A DNA stretch of 64,000 bases, taken from assembly GCA_965644295.1 (NCBI GenBank), contig CBFFRP010000435.1:186001-250000 (forward strand). Direction: 5' to 3'. Shown here piece by piece: positions 1-13,141 of this stretch; position 1 is the stretch's first letter; every line of letters begins with the position of its first letter. Origin of the DNA: Paraphysomonas bandaiensis. Its lineage: Eukaryota; Protista; Chrysophyceae. The notes beneath the pieces are model-generated. The model had not been told where the DNA came from and searched no databases. It saw only the letters and a program-made list of their open reading frames with translations. Both the position numbers and the translations under genes were made by a program.

Positions 1-1993
1 TAGTGCAAAATGATCGAATGGGACGCATTCGGTGTAGCCATTGTGTTGTTTCTGAGCCTAATTGACTATCTATTGTGGGAGTTTCAGCTTCCACGTACGA
101 CCTACGTACTGACATGGCTTCAGTAAAAGAAATAGGAGATGGAACTGGGGAAGGAATAGTGACTGGCTCGTTATTGTCACATGAAAATTGATTAACGGGT
201 GATAATTTCGATGTTTCAGTCTTTTCCACTGCTCTGTCGTCCCATATGCTGCTAATATCATCCTCGTCTTCATTTTCTGCTATGTCTCCATCACTCACAG
301 CTTTCATAACTTTAATATGTCGAACAGAATTAGTCAAATAGACTTCTTCGTCTACACACCGAATGAAGTTTCTCATACATGCTTTAACTTCTTGCAGAGA
401 ATTAGCAACTACCGACGACAACGACATGTCACCTTTCCATCCAAATCCTCCTATAAGTACAAGACGCTTAAGCAAAGTTGAACAACTAAAATCTCTATCA
501 AATCTATATACTACCTGATGGAATCCTTGTTTCAGTAGACACTATCAAATAAGGGCTTTCCACATACAGAGCAATCACTCCAAGAGACACCTTCAGTACG
601 TATCACAAATCATATACACACCACAGGATCCTTACCTTAACAGTGGTTGCCAATGCAAGGAGACTATTCGCCACATTATTTTTAAATGATCTGCAATGCG
701 ATAAGCTTGAGAACGATGTACACACTGTGGCTATTTGCACGTATTATTAAATACTCACCGTTCTGCTCTATTCCTGCTGTCAATTCGCATATTCGCATCC
801 ATGGAGGTCAGTGTAGCTCTCAATCGAGACAGGCGACTTGAAATAACTGCGTAAAATGGGCCCCAGTGATGAGGGAAGACAGACTCCTTCCACAGCAAAC
901 TCCGTGGGAGCATTGGTACCCAGGATGGTTCCATGCGAAGAAATGGTTGCAATGACACAACTGAAGGTAAATCAAATGCGATACTAGATGTACAATCACA
1001 AAATTTGAAAATAAATACGAGATCTGCTGAGCACGTACTGCATGGAGTATATGTATATCATTCCTACCTCTAGTTATCTTAGCATCAATAGAGTCCAACA
1101 TTTCCATGTGTGGATCAATGGTAGACATTGCACCAAAGACCTTACCCCTACAAATATCAGTCAAAACACAGTCATCTGTCTTCTAAATCAGCTAGTCAGC
1201 ACTACGATATTGGATCTTTGTAGATTACCATGGCAATATCATCGACACACTACTGTGCATAAATCCTGCAAACATTTTACCTGTGGTCATATCGCGGCAG
1301 AGTTTCGCCTATTGCTCGCTGTCTACACACCGCATCCATCCAAGCACCAACACTATGGAGACAAGCAGAGAGATCTTGAGCCGAGGCATGCATACTGGTC
1401 TGTGGGAGAGCGAGCAATGTAGCAAGAAGCAGTGAAATTGCTGCAATGAGTATAGCAATAGTACGCCAGAGAGCTTTTATCAAACCGTTGGAGGGTTGTT
1501 CCCATGATCCTAAATATATGACACCAAACGCCATCTGTACTTGTAGAACTAGATGCCCAGCTTTGCGACGCTTAATTAGTGAGGTAAGGTAGGCCGATCC
1601 ACCTTTCGTAAACCACTGTACAGCAGCCACGAATACTGTAGGAATAACCAAAAGGCATTCACCTTTATAGTTGGGCAGGAGATAAACTGGAATACATAAT
1701 AATACAAATCCACAGAGGCCACCTGTAAGGATGTAACATATTACAAAACATTAGTCACAATAAGCCGTACCCAAACACACTCCTAGTGACCGATATATAG
1801 ACTTGTATATAACCGGACCCAGAGATATATCCTCACCGGTTACAGCTATAATGCACGAAAATAGAGCTACTGTTGCGACTGAATCAAACTTATCTGATAG
1901 ATGATAGTGCATGATGTAATATATGGATACTGAGCCAAATAATACCGCCAGGGCATAGCGAATAACAATTCGCACATGAGGAGTGACAGTCAT
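1..1993 (-). CDS. ALMT/aromatic-acid-exporter (FUSC-like) membrane transporter, multi-exon, 3' end runs off the window
   Basis: N-terminal TM helices (RYALAVLFGS..., GPVIYKSIYRSLGVCLG, ALWRTIAILIAAISLLLATL) follow the ALMT/FUSC pattern. GT-AG introns join the ORF-track fragments. The last exon stays open to base 1 (...DISSIWDDRAVEK...RPIRSFCT). Confidence 0.6.
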
Positions 1994-2558
1994 CTATCTA
2001 GTGACTGTCTATCTGACACTCATCTATCTCCAGGGTGTATCTATCTAGCTATCACATCGAACCATATCATAGCTGCTTGTGTCCTGTCCTCTCCTCTCTT
2101 GTACCATCCTGTGTACACACATATTTCTTCTATGGATACTACTGTACGTATGGCAGTCTGTATCTTACTTTTCGGAAATAAGTTGAAGCAAAAATCATCT
2201 ATATTACGGAGATACAACTACGGCTGGAATGCACACAATTATTGCCTCGATATTTGAGGCATATTTGAACAAAAATATACAAAGGATGCTGATACGTATA
2301 CCGCTCAGTTCTTGCTCCCTCACCTTCACGTATTATTTGGCGTATTCTACAATCCATGCGGTATCAAAATTTTCTATGTACGTAGAGATGTGTATCATAT
2401 CTATACTATAGGAATCCTCGTACATCCCCACCATATCTGTGCATCATCCATATCATATCTTAAGACTTGTTGATTTCATGCAACTATTGAGGTGAAACTA
2501 TCATAGAATATCATTACAAGTGTTTTGTAGCTAATAAATTGTTGTTATTAATACTCTA

Positions 2559-3933
2559 ATGATCGAGGCATGGATATGTGTGGCAGTGGCTCTCTCGGTG
2601 TATTATGGTAACTTGCATGGACCGTTACTGATAATCGCAATAGGAGGAGCTGCTCACATCATATGGACCAAGCTCCTGAACTGTAAGGGAATATTGCGAA
2701 ATAGACCTGTTGACACTGCCAGTTTGCCATCTAGAAAAGACCATGATCGCAGGCGCTACGAGACCTATCCTCACAATGCTGTTGCGAATACGTGGTACCA
2801 AATTTGTGATTCAGATGAATTAAAAGATGGTCGTGTTATTGAAGTACGAGCATTAGGACAGACTTTAGCTGTATGGCGGTCATCTGACGGACAACCTGTT
2901 TGTCACGACGCATTCTGCTTACACCTTGGTGCTAATTTGGGTGTAGGCGGTAAGGTGGTTGATGATTGTATCCAGTGTCCATTCCACAAGTGGAAGTTTG
3001 ACAGCAATGGGTGTATTAAGGAGATTCCATATCTGAAAAACCCTTCACTATGCCCGCAAAATGCAAAGTTGAAGACTTATCCTTGCGTGGATTGGTGCGG
3101 TCTTGTGTGTGTGTACTTTCACGCAGATGGTGTCCCTCCTGAGTTTTCTCTTCCTGATTGGGTTCCCAATCAATTGAAAGAGGAAGAATGGGCGCCACAC
3201 ATGAAATGGGACATCGGATACCTGACCTTAACACCGATAGACTGGGTGGACCAGGCAGGAGACCATGCTCATTTTCACACTTTACACAATGAATTCCTCA
3301 TTCCCTATACTACTATTCCCATCCCTCAGTGGCTCACGAATATATTTCCTGTCGGTATATCGCATGAGTTAGTGACCTACAAGGGAGATGATAAGGAATG
3401 GGAGGAAAAGATGAAGGAGGTCGGAATGGGCACAGTGGATAAGCACCTCATATATTTCACCGACAAAGCGGGTCTTACGTGGAAAGGAAAAGTCATGCCA
3501 ACAACTCTCAGTGAGACGTTGGAGATGTACATTGGTCCCGCCATGATGTCATTTCATATACCGTTTACCATTGGTACTGCCATATGTTTTTATAACTGGT
3601 ACACCAATTAATCATATGTATATACCAGGTGCTTTCAAGGTGTTTGTCAATACGACTCCTGTGGAAGGAGGATGCGTTATGCGAGTCCGTACATGGGTAG
3701 ACAAAAGAGTTCGTCAGTCATTATTTAAGCAATTTATAGCATGGCTTCTTGTTGGGGTCTCTTCCAGTCAACTTGCGAGTGATATAGATATACTCGAGAA
3801 CAAAATTCGGAACCGCCGTCCCATTCTAGTGCCTTTTGATGGACCCTATAACCGCACCTCATCCTGGTTGAGACAATTCTATTCTAAGAGTTCGGCTGAT
3901 GTCGGACAGAATGCGTATAACAATGACTGGTAG
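2559..3933 (+). CDS. Rieske-domain oxygenase, Neverland/DAF-36 (cholesterol 7-desaturase)-like, 439 aa
   Basis: Exons 2559-3573 and 3629-3933 with a 55-nt GT-AG intron, frame preserved. N-terminal TM segment, Rieske motif CLH-x17-CPFH, mononuclear iron motif DQAGDHAHFHTLH and Neverland-type C-terminus (DIDILENK...DGPYNRTSSWLRQFYS). Confidence 0.85.
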
Positions 3934-4417
3934 GACACTTTATATGGAGAGTATGTGGTAATATACCTATCTATATGTGCCTACTCTAGCTTCAATGCTT
4001 TGCGGTGTAACTTTTCCCAAGTCCAGTAGATAAAACATAAGCGCGATGTAAAAATGTGATAAATCTGGTTGACTTGTTATTGATGATTAAATATTTGACT
4101 GTATTGCGTAAAAGATTAATTGATGATTTCTATAGGTAAAGTGCTGTCGAAATATTATTGATAAGCACAGAGAAGTCATTCCAATATTCGTATTGATGTT
4201 GTTATGGACTACAAATAATATTTATAATCCTATCTAGTATGATAGGAAAAAAGTGTGCTTTCGGTATCATTAATAGATTCTGGACTATAAAATATCGTTG
4301 CATCAAACACGTTCAACAGAATCTGTGTACCATAATTTTTGCTGCACATCACTGGTAATTGGTAATAGGTATATAGAAGATGGATGTGTACTGTATACAT
4401 GTATACATATGACATAT

Positions 4418-4564
4418 CAGGGCCTGGTAACCATTAATGGTAGTCCAGTTCCCGGCAATTATAATGGCATTAATGAAAAATGTCCCGGCAATTATAATGG
4501 CATTACCATTAATGGCCCATTAATGGCCATTAATGCCATTACCATTAATGGTTACCAGGCCCTG
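4418..4564. mobile_element. hAT-type MITE, 147 bp
   Basis: Perfect 25-bp TIR CAGGGCCTGGTAACCATTAATGGTA. 8-bp TSD TGACATAT at 4410-4417 and 4565-4572. Internal CCATTAATGG palindromes and a duplicated CCCGGCAATTATAATGGCATTA. Confidence 0.92.
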
Positions 4565-4685
4565 TGACATATGAGCACTGAAAAGAACTTCAATTGCTGT
4601 AAAGGTATGAACACTTGAACATTATAATAAGACAATTAAGTTATATAAACACTACCCTAACGTTCTATTCCTACACAATAGCGGA

Positions 4686-5873
4686 CTATTTATTAGGATG
4701 AAAATATCCCAATGGCGGTCTAAGAGCTAATTCATGTATATTACTTGAATTCACAGGTAGGTTCAACTTATCTAAAAACTGTCCCCACATTCGAACACTG
4801 CGACTCCTTGCTTTCCTAATATCGTGTAGCCATGGCTTATTCCTCCCAGTGAAGTGTGCAAACATCATTGTTGGAGATTTTCCACTACAACAGGAAAGAA
4901 GGTTCGAAACAGCTTGTCCAGCCTCCCCCCCACCTGGATACCGTTTAGCCTGTTTGTTATTTAACAGGACGACCCTTCCATTATTTATTACAAAGTAGTG
5001 CGTCAGCAGTCCCTGATCGAGACTGGCCCCATTGAATGTCCATTCAGTGAATGGTTTACCTTTCCCGCTAACTAGCCAAGAGGGAGTCTTCTCACCCCAA
5101 CCCAAGTTCTCATCCCAGGGCTCAGATAGACGTTTCACAGATTTTGCTCGGAGCGCCTCAAAGTCTTCCATGTTTGGAATGGCTAAGAACCATCCAGAGT
5201 TGAGCGGGCTGGCATTGCCGACGTTGAAAGTATTCTGCTCGAGTTCAAAAAAACAATCCATATTCGCCATAGGCATTATATCACCATCAAAGAATTGTAT
5301 TTTTTTGTACTGAGTAAAACTCCAAGGAGTAGTCTTAAGGAGGGCCATTTCACCGAAATGTACCTTACCAGTGTCTATTAAACGAGGGAGTAAAAAAATT
5401 CGTATTCCTATTGCAGTCAGGCTGTCGAGGTCACTCTGAAACATTTCAATGTTTTTCTCACTCTTATAGCCAATTAGCACAATAAAATCCGCAGTTGAGC
5501 CGTAAGAATCTAATGCGGTTTTCATAATCATAACGTTATACAAATAACCACGATAACGAAACGTATTGTCAATTCCATGAATGAGGGTGACATAAGCGTA
5601 TTGAGAGTGCGTAAGTGTACGCACTGGCAATACAGGATGTTTCGGTGCTTCTACTCTTACTTCAGAATTTCCAAGACTTGCTTCATCCACAACAGATGTA
5701 GGTTCAACGATATCATTGGTAGATGCGATATGACTTCTTGTTTTCTTTAAAATTACAGCTTTATCGGTAGAGTTATTTGGATCAGCATCCGTTTGTGTTG
5801 TGAAAGCTATCCACAATACAGTCACCATGAGTGTGACTACCATAAATACAATTAGATTTGCACTTCCTTTCAT
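4686..5873 (-). CDS. GT8-family (glycogenin-like) glycosyltransferase, type II membrane protein, intronless
   Basis: First ATG at 5873 (MKGSANLIVFMVV, TM anchor). Motifs AYVTL, FFDGD (DxD), NSG, DQG and HFTGRNKPW. Confidence 0.8.
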   Translation of the reverse strand: MKGSANLIVFMVVTLMVTVLWIAFTTQTDADPNNSTDKAVILKKTRSHIASTNDIVEPTSVVDEASLGNSEVRVEAPKHPVLPVRTLTHSQYAYVTLIHGIDNTFRYRGYLYNVMIMKTALDSYGSTADFIVLIGYKSEKNIEMFQSDLDSLTAIGIRIFLLPRLIDTGKVHFGEMALLKTTPWSFTQYKKIQFFDGDIMPMANMDCFFELEQNTFNVGNASPLNSGWFLAIPNMEDFEALRAKSVKRLSEPWDENLGWGEKTPSWLVSGKGKPFTEWTFNGASLDQGLLTHYFVINNGRVVLLNNKQAKRYPGGGEAGQAVSNLLSCCSGKSPTMMFAHFTGRNKPWLHDIRKARSRSVRMWGQFLDKLNLPVNSSNIHELALRPPLGYFHPNK

Positions 5874-6499
5874 GACTGTTCCCAAACTAGGGATATACTT
5901 GAAACATGTATCGGAATGAGACAACTACAGTGCTCCTGACTGTCGTAGAGATGATGCAAATATAAGCTTACGAAACCTCGATTAATCCTTACTGGAAATA
6001 TCAGATAGTTCCTGCGTATTGTCCTCAATGGAATTTACGTCTAGTACATTTCCTAGTGCAAGCACGTATCAGTTTCAGATAGTTGCACCTCTCGCTATTT
6101 CACACCTACAGAGATCGCTCATATATTGCTTTAAGCACCACTATCTTCTTGGAAACGCTCATTTCTAAATATCTAATATTTATAGGCCTTGTGGATGTAA
6201 AAAGACCTCTTATTGAGGGGTTTAGTATTAAAAGTACAGGGTTTTATTGGTTTTATATCACACCATACTGTCTTGGCTTCACCAGCAGCAGATATGAGGA
6301 CATGAGAAGAAGTGGAAGTGAGAGAACTTACTACCAATCAGGCTTTGAAATCAGGAGTGTTTGAATAGTTAACGAGAAAACACAGATCTTCATACGTGAT
6401 AACAAGGGAATCATACACACTGTAATATTGTTATCATTTCACATATTGAGAGGGAGTATATACACTACATTACCATTGAAATGATTTGATAGTTCCACA

Positions 6500-9400
6500 A
6501 TGACATCATTACGTCGTAATCCTCGTAACTACGAGTCGTTTGTTGGGGAGTCATGCGTGACTCCAATGAGACGACAGAGCTCAGATGATAGTATAGAGAC
6601 ATTCACTACACAAACAAATAATACGGATAGCAGTAAGTTATTAGCGATAGCATTAGACAACTGTTCTTATCTGCTGTAGGCATGTTGGGGAAAATCACGA
6701 AGCAAATCATACCGGTCGTGTTTGCTATATTTATTAACTTGTTAGATGCAGTCACATTCGGAACTTGCTTTTTCCCAACTATATTCGGAAAAACGAGTAG
6801 TTTAGCTATTGACTTGTTCTTGTTGTCTACAGTGGCAGTGCAAGTTGTGTTTATATTCATGTCATCGTTTCAGTGTGGCTTGGGCACTTCAATGGCAGAA
6901 AATATACCATTCATTCATACCATGGCTTTAGGCGTATATGATGCAATGGAGGGGGCGTTTACTGTTGATGAGGTGAATCGATTCCTTTATACCATTCATG
7001 GTGTTTATATTTCCTCTTGTTTAGATGCTTCCCACTGTGCTTGCCACTGTGTGTGTGTCTACACTACTCAATGGTTTAGCATTTTTTCTCGTGGGATATC
7101 TCAGACAAGGATATATATTGCATTACTTTCCAAGGCATGTTATACTGGGCATGACATTGGGATTTGGTGTGTTTCTCTTGTCCACAGCATTTCAAGTAAC
7201 AACTGGCATCACCCCTGACGATAACATAATTCACAATTTAACCTCGATGAGGACAGACGAGTGCGTATTTTAGTATCCTGATATTGACATGCAGTAATTC
7301 TGTCTGTAGCATTGTACAGTTGGTGCTTGTTTGCACTATGGAAGTGGTCTTGCGCCTAACTTCATTCTGTAACCTTGGTGAGACAGCCGGTCCAGTTATT
7401 ATGCTTATCATTCCTCTCTCTTTCTACATGGTACTCTGGTCGGCAAATATTTCATTCGACCAGGTGCTCAAGATCATTACCGCAGTGATGTAGTGCGAAT
7501 ACTATACACTATACACTATATTCTTATCATTTGATTGTACAATGGGTTCACTTGTTTTGTTTCTCTTTGACTGTTTAGTCTTGTGATAGGCGCGACAATC
7601 GAACTGGCTCTTCCCCATTGCCGAATCCTCTAATGGCTGGGATATGTGGAAGTACTTTGATATCCAGGCCATACATTGGGATATTGTCCTCGCTCAGTCT
7701 CCAACTGTGCTATCTTTAGCTGCTTTCACGTTACTTCTCGTACCGATACGTATTCCTACTCTCGCTATGATCACCGGAGACGAAGTTGATTTCGACTTAG
7801 AGTTGAAGGCACAAGGTATGTGTATGGCTTCTGCCGACATGGAGTGCATACTAAACTTCTCGCGTTAATTCTATGTAGGAATTGGCAATATACTGTCTGC
7901 TGCCATGGGTAGTGTACACAACTATATTTCGTATTCCAATAGGTGGGTGGTGGTGTGTCGTATTTCACTTGTGTACCCATATGTCGCGTTATCATTCCTG
8001 TACTCACCTTGTACTTTTGACAGTGTATTCTTTTTTAACATCGGAGGGGGCGGGAAGGGTTCTCAGACCGTAGTGGCGGGTGTTACTTTCCTCCTATTCA
8101 TAGTTGGCCCGCAGATTATTAATTTCGTTCCACGCATTATTGGTATGTTTTGAATGCGTTTCGTATCAATTTATGCACATAATTTGTGTCATCGTTGTTG
8201 TTGCTATTATACGCTCTCTATATCATGTGAACTACTGTGTATACCTATGTGTCGTTTCAACTTGTACTTTATAATATGGTGCGTATGGTTATTAGCTGGT
8301 GTGATTATGTTGCACCTTGGGTTTGACCTGCTTAACGATTCTGTGATTGCCTCCAAACGAGCCCTGGACTCCTTGGAGTATACCTCCACAATTATAGTTG
8401 GTAGCGTGGTAACAGTTTTCGGGTTTGTGCCAGGTGACCCTTTGTTATGTCGTATATATAATTCTCATTGTTGATGTGGTATTGACGGATAGAGAGTGTG
8501 GGTGTATTTTGGTTAAATTATCGTAGTCAGATTTGTGTATGATAAATGGCTATTCGAGATAAATCTGTACCTTTATTATATATCATTAGCACCGTACACT
8601 TACGAGTGATGGGAATTTTGTCACACTGTTATACGTAGGAATAATTGCTGGTGGTGTATCTGCGTGTGTTACCTTTGTGGTCCAAAGCAGCAAAAGCTCG
8701 AATGTGCGTGGAGTTTTCACTGGGGAAGTGGTGCGGTCTAACACTGCGTGGTCAGTCCCTTAGTTTTGTTGTTGCTGGCACTTACGTTACGCCACATATG
8801 TAGGCCTGGAAGACACAGGGATAAGCTCGAGCAGGCCCTTGCTGCGCACGGGGTATACGTCATTCAACTCCAGGGCCACATTTTTTTCGGCAACATACAA
8901 CAGGTACGCTTCTGCTTTAGTCTTCACACGAGTTTCAAAGTTTATGCGAAGGTTACAAAGTCGATAGAGCGAATAATTGAGAATGCATACCATAGAGATA
9001 GCGAGGGTAGTGCTCCTGCTTTGGGTACTAACAGTGGCTATGGGTCACCGTCACTCTCTCGCCAGTGGTATGAAGAGTTGATCTTATCAGAATAACTTGT
9101 TTATAATTTTATTGAAGAATACATATATATCGCGTTAAGATGTACTCACGATATCTCCAGGTCAGATGTCCGATCGGAGGGATCCGATATTAGTGGCTAT
9201 CATGCAGTGGGTACGTTGGCTCCCTCAGAAGACTCGCCACTGCCTGAGTATATAGTTCTTGACTGTTCTTTTGTCTCCGGTCTCGATAGCAATGCCATAG
9301 ATGGATTCTTGAAGCTTCAGGTTTTTAGCACTAATTTCGGCTATATGTAGCTCATGTATATTGTGTGGTAGCATCGTATGCAGAGTCCTCAAAACCAACC

Positions 9401-11838
9401 GCGACCTATATACATTACATTCGCAGGACTTCAGCAGAAGCTTCAGAAAATGTTTTCTAACCATTTAGAAGAAAATAGCAAAAGGTAATACACTGCTTCT
9501 CTATGCTGTTCTAAGCATCACTTTTTTCTCGACGAACTTCTCTGCTTATTTCCTATCCATCTATAGGTTCGAAGGCACAGAGAGTGGTGTAGAGGTGACC
9601 CATTTATCAGTTGCAAATGAACGCACTCGTCTACTGTCGTCTGATGACGACAACCTCAATTTCTCAATTGGCAGTGCCACTGGTAGTTCGACGGGGGCAT
9701 TTGGTGGTTATGAAGAGCTAAGTTCGCGTAGGAGAACGACTAGCAATGACTGGTCACAGAGCAAGCCAGGTATGTCGTCATCAGCAAGAAAGAAGAAAAA
9801 AAAGAAGAGGCGCCAGGAGTTGGCACGCTCAGAAAGGTAATATGATGTTCATGCACCACGTAAGGAGTTATAATTGTTGAATACAGCTCTCCCCTTGATT
9901 CAAAGTTTCACTTGGATGTAAATACCGCCCTTCAGGTATTACTACTCATTAGCAAGTACACGTGAACTTAACTGCTGTCATAGTCCGTGGAAGAACATAT
10001 AATTGAAAATCATAGTAGCCCCAGGTAATCGCGTTTGCAGGAGCAAATTTTTGCTGTTCTGACACTTGTATCAGAGATATACCATCGCAGGAAAAAATGC
10101 TCAAGGTATTTCTCTGAATTGATTTCTGCCTTTCGTCATGTCATGTACAGCGTCATGCTGCGAGATACTATGCGAGTATGAAGCCCAGTTCCGAGGAATA
10201 CAGTGGACCTCTGTATGATTTCCCGATGCTGCAGCCAAATGATTCTTTTCATCGCATCTATTCCTCTGATGAGGTGGATAACACACGCCCTCGCCGGCGT
10301 TCAAGTGCAAGTACAAGCAGTTCTCCACGTAAATCGATTGACTATGGTTGGCGAGGTATACCCGTGGAACAGATTGATGAGGCTCAAAGGAGCGTACCGG
10401 AACTATCGATGAAGAAGAAAAGGCTGTCATGCGCTGATTCCGAGGAGGCAGGGTATATCATGGGGTCCTATGGCAGTGGAGCTATGACAGTTGTCAGTCC
10501 TCTCAAAGACATATCACGGAAAAGCATTTTAGCTCATTCCCCGACGGAATGTTCAAGTATCACTTCCCTTCCCATGACCATAGGCAGTAAGTATCGCTAG
10601 GATGTATATGACGTAACTGATGCGGGTACCAACGATGTAGTTACGAGCGGGGCGTCTGGAATGACATTACCTTCGCAGCAACAGCGAAGTTCACAGACGT
10701 CTATTTCAAGCACCGACCTTCCTCCTCCTAAATCTTTGCTGATTGATATCGCACAAGATCAAGAGTAAGAAATTTCATAACTTGGCCGCGACAATTCGAA
10801 TCTAATAGTAGTTTGTGGATGTTGCCAGGGATGACCACACTGATGATTACAGTTTATCAGGAGTTGATGATAGAGTTGGAAATGAACACAGTGTAGACAA
10901 GGTTGATAAGGGCCGTGAATCACCGAACAAGACCGAGGATAATAAACTCTCAATATCGATACCCCAAATCGATTCTTGTGAAGTGTCCAGTCGCAAACGG
11001 GGTCGGGGAGACGAGCTGAAGAAACTTATTCGTCGTATGGTATTTGAACTGGACACTGAGGTATGTCTTTGTCTCCTCAGCTTCGCTATATATGTGCGTC
11101 AATTACAATTGTATGCAGTGGAGATCACAAGATTTTCCTGTTCTAAAGCGCCTGGCGGACTATCTCAGACAGAGTATGTATTGTGTTTTTCATACTACTG
11201 TTATGATCAGTCCTTTTCCCAGATATCAAGATAGTGGATACGAATGAGTCTTTGTGGTGTGCACGTGAGAAGGCTGAACAGGTGTGCTTTCATTCCCTCC
11301 ACCACGAACTATTTAAAAACTTATCATTACGCAGATGGGACTTCTAATTACCGGTCGACTTGAAGCTGTAATTGAAACTTGGAATCACCAAGACCACCGC
11401 ACATTACAGATCATTCTTCCAGGAACTCTTATAGGTAAGTAAAAATGTAGTCTCAGAGTTCCAGGCGGTATATGTTATGATGGACGTGTGCAGGTGAACT
11501 CGGGTTGCTTAGTGGCGGCAGTCATAGCAGAACAATAATAGCGACGAAAACTTCAGAGGTTGGTTATCGAACATACTTATAATCATACCGTGCGGAAAAT
11601 TCGAATACTGTAAAATATACATTGTTATTTCCGATTATATAGGTTGCTATTTTAACGAAGGAAACACTCGAGGAAATTGAGCGTGAGGATACGGTGCGTT
11701 TAACTTCCTTTCATATCACGCCTTATGTAATTTTTCCAGGTCTTGTTGTGTGCACTGCAAAAGTTGGCGCTCAAGACTGCGGCAGGGCGTTCTCATCAGT
11801 TAATGCTCTTTAGTGCAGGAGCGCTAGGCCCGAAATAG
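6500..11838 (+). CDS. SulP/SLC26-family transporter with STAS and C-terminal cyclic-nucleotide-binding domain (YGR125W/Vsb1-like architecture), many exons
   Basis: NLLDAVTFGTCFFP, MAENIPFIHTMA, YFPRHVILG, DFDLELKAQG, GSVHNYISYSN, IQLQGHIFFGN, LDCSFVSGLDSNA (STAS), PGTLIGELGLLSG (cNMP-like). ATG at 6500, TAG at 11836-11838. Exon boundaries only partly checked. Confidence 0.8.
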
Positions 11839-12114
11839 AGCGTGCTAGAAGTAACGTCATGTGCAGCTTCTATTGCGTGAACATAATCATTAGTGTAAAA
11901 CAGAATAGCCGTATATTTTTTCTATAGGATGAAATAGACCGTTACCACAGTAGTGATTGTGAAATTATTAGACCCATTTTTTTTCCTGAAACTATTATTG
12001 TTGATATCTCTCAGCGGAATAGAATTGCCTGTCAGGCTTAGCTTATTTGTAAGCAATTAACAGCTATATATGACATTTGAATTTTGACGGTAACTTGAAT
12101 ATTGAATATACAGT

Positions 12115-12345
12115 CGTGAATGTCTTCTTATTAGCGATATAGGCGTTTAAGAATCAGAACTAAATTACCATTACTATTTAACTAACTCGTGCTTAACTTT
12201 GACATCCCACTATTTCACGCTACGAAAGCTGCTTGTGCGTCACCGCAAGCACCAAGGTGCCAACCACTTTCGCTCTCTGTCCTTAAGCAGGCAGACCAAT
12301 TTCCAGATGCATGTTTATTCCTCAAGGCCGGTGCTGACAACACGC
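12115..12345 (-). mobile_element. 3' portion of the dispersed non-autonomous retroelement family (see 43256-43780)
   Basis: Reverse complement contains GAATAAACATGCATC...AAGTGGTTGGCACCTTGGTGCTTGCGGTGACGCACAAGCAGCTTTCGTAGCG...GCTAATAAGAAGACATTCA. Confidence 0.75.
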
Positions 12346-12397
12346 GCCAGTGAGTCCCAAGACACACGAGCAGGGCGAAACTCACAAACAATATTAA

Positions 12398-12700
12398 GAA
12401 GTGGTCGCACCTTTGTGCTTGCGGCGACGCACAAGCAGCTTCTGTAGCGCTAAATAGTAGAATAATGGAATTTGTGCTGATTAGTTATGGGTAGAGGTCT
12501 AAATAGTATGTCTAGCATTCAACTAGCTCCACTGAAAATCTTCCTAAACAATTAGAAATGGAGTAAATATGCTGACAGACACAAGGTGGTTTCTATGGTT
12601 TTCGTGGTGTTCTGGGGAATGAAAGATAAAAGTACCTAATGTTAGTTTCGGATAGTATCACTAACTCGTCACTTTGCTTAACTCATACATTACTGAACAC
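12398..12700 (+). mobile_element. 3' portion of the same family followed by a decayed 5' (ribozyme-like) end
   Basis: AAGTGGTCGCACCTTTGTGCTTGCGGCGACGCACAAGCAGCTTCTGTAGCG matches 43581 onward. TTTTCGTGGTGTTCTGGGG...CTAATGTTAG at 12599-12645 matches the 5' end of the copies at 37951 and 43256. Confidence 0.7.
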
Positions 12701-13141
12701 TGTGCATACAAGAAGTGGTTTATTGACTATAAATGCAGTTCTTGTAATATAAAATATAAACAGTTAGCTAATTCTGCTATGTGCAGTATACTGTATATTC
12801 GCTTTATAATATAATTGATATTTCATTTATTCAAGATTACAAGCAGTGTGACGCTAGGGTCTCTACGTCTGGCTCTTCTAGACCAAATGCAAAACTAACC
12901 GGAGAGCTGGTTATTACAGCCGAATGCTGTACCCTCATTTCCGTTTTCGCTAACCCAGGCTTTCATAAGATTACTTTCACACGACTATTATCAATATACG
13001 GCACGTAATTCTTATTGATCTTATACGATGTCGTCTCACGACCAGTACATAAAAGTAAGCTACAATACAGCAGCGCTCTAGACTACATCAGTGATATAGA
13101 GTTTAATAAGTTGTAGAAGCATATGTGATATGTGACGCCAG

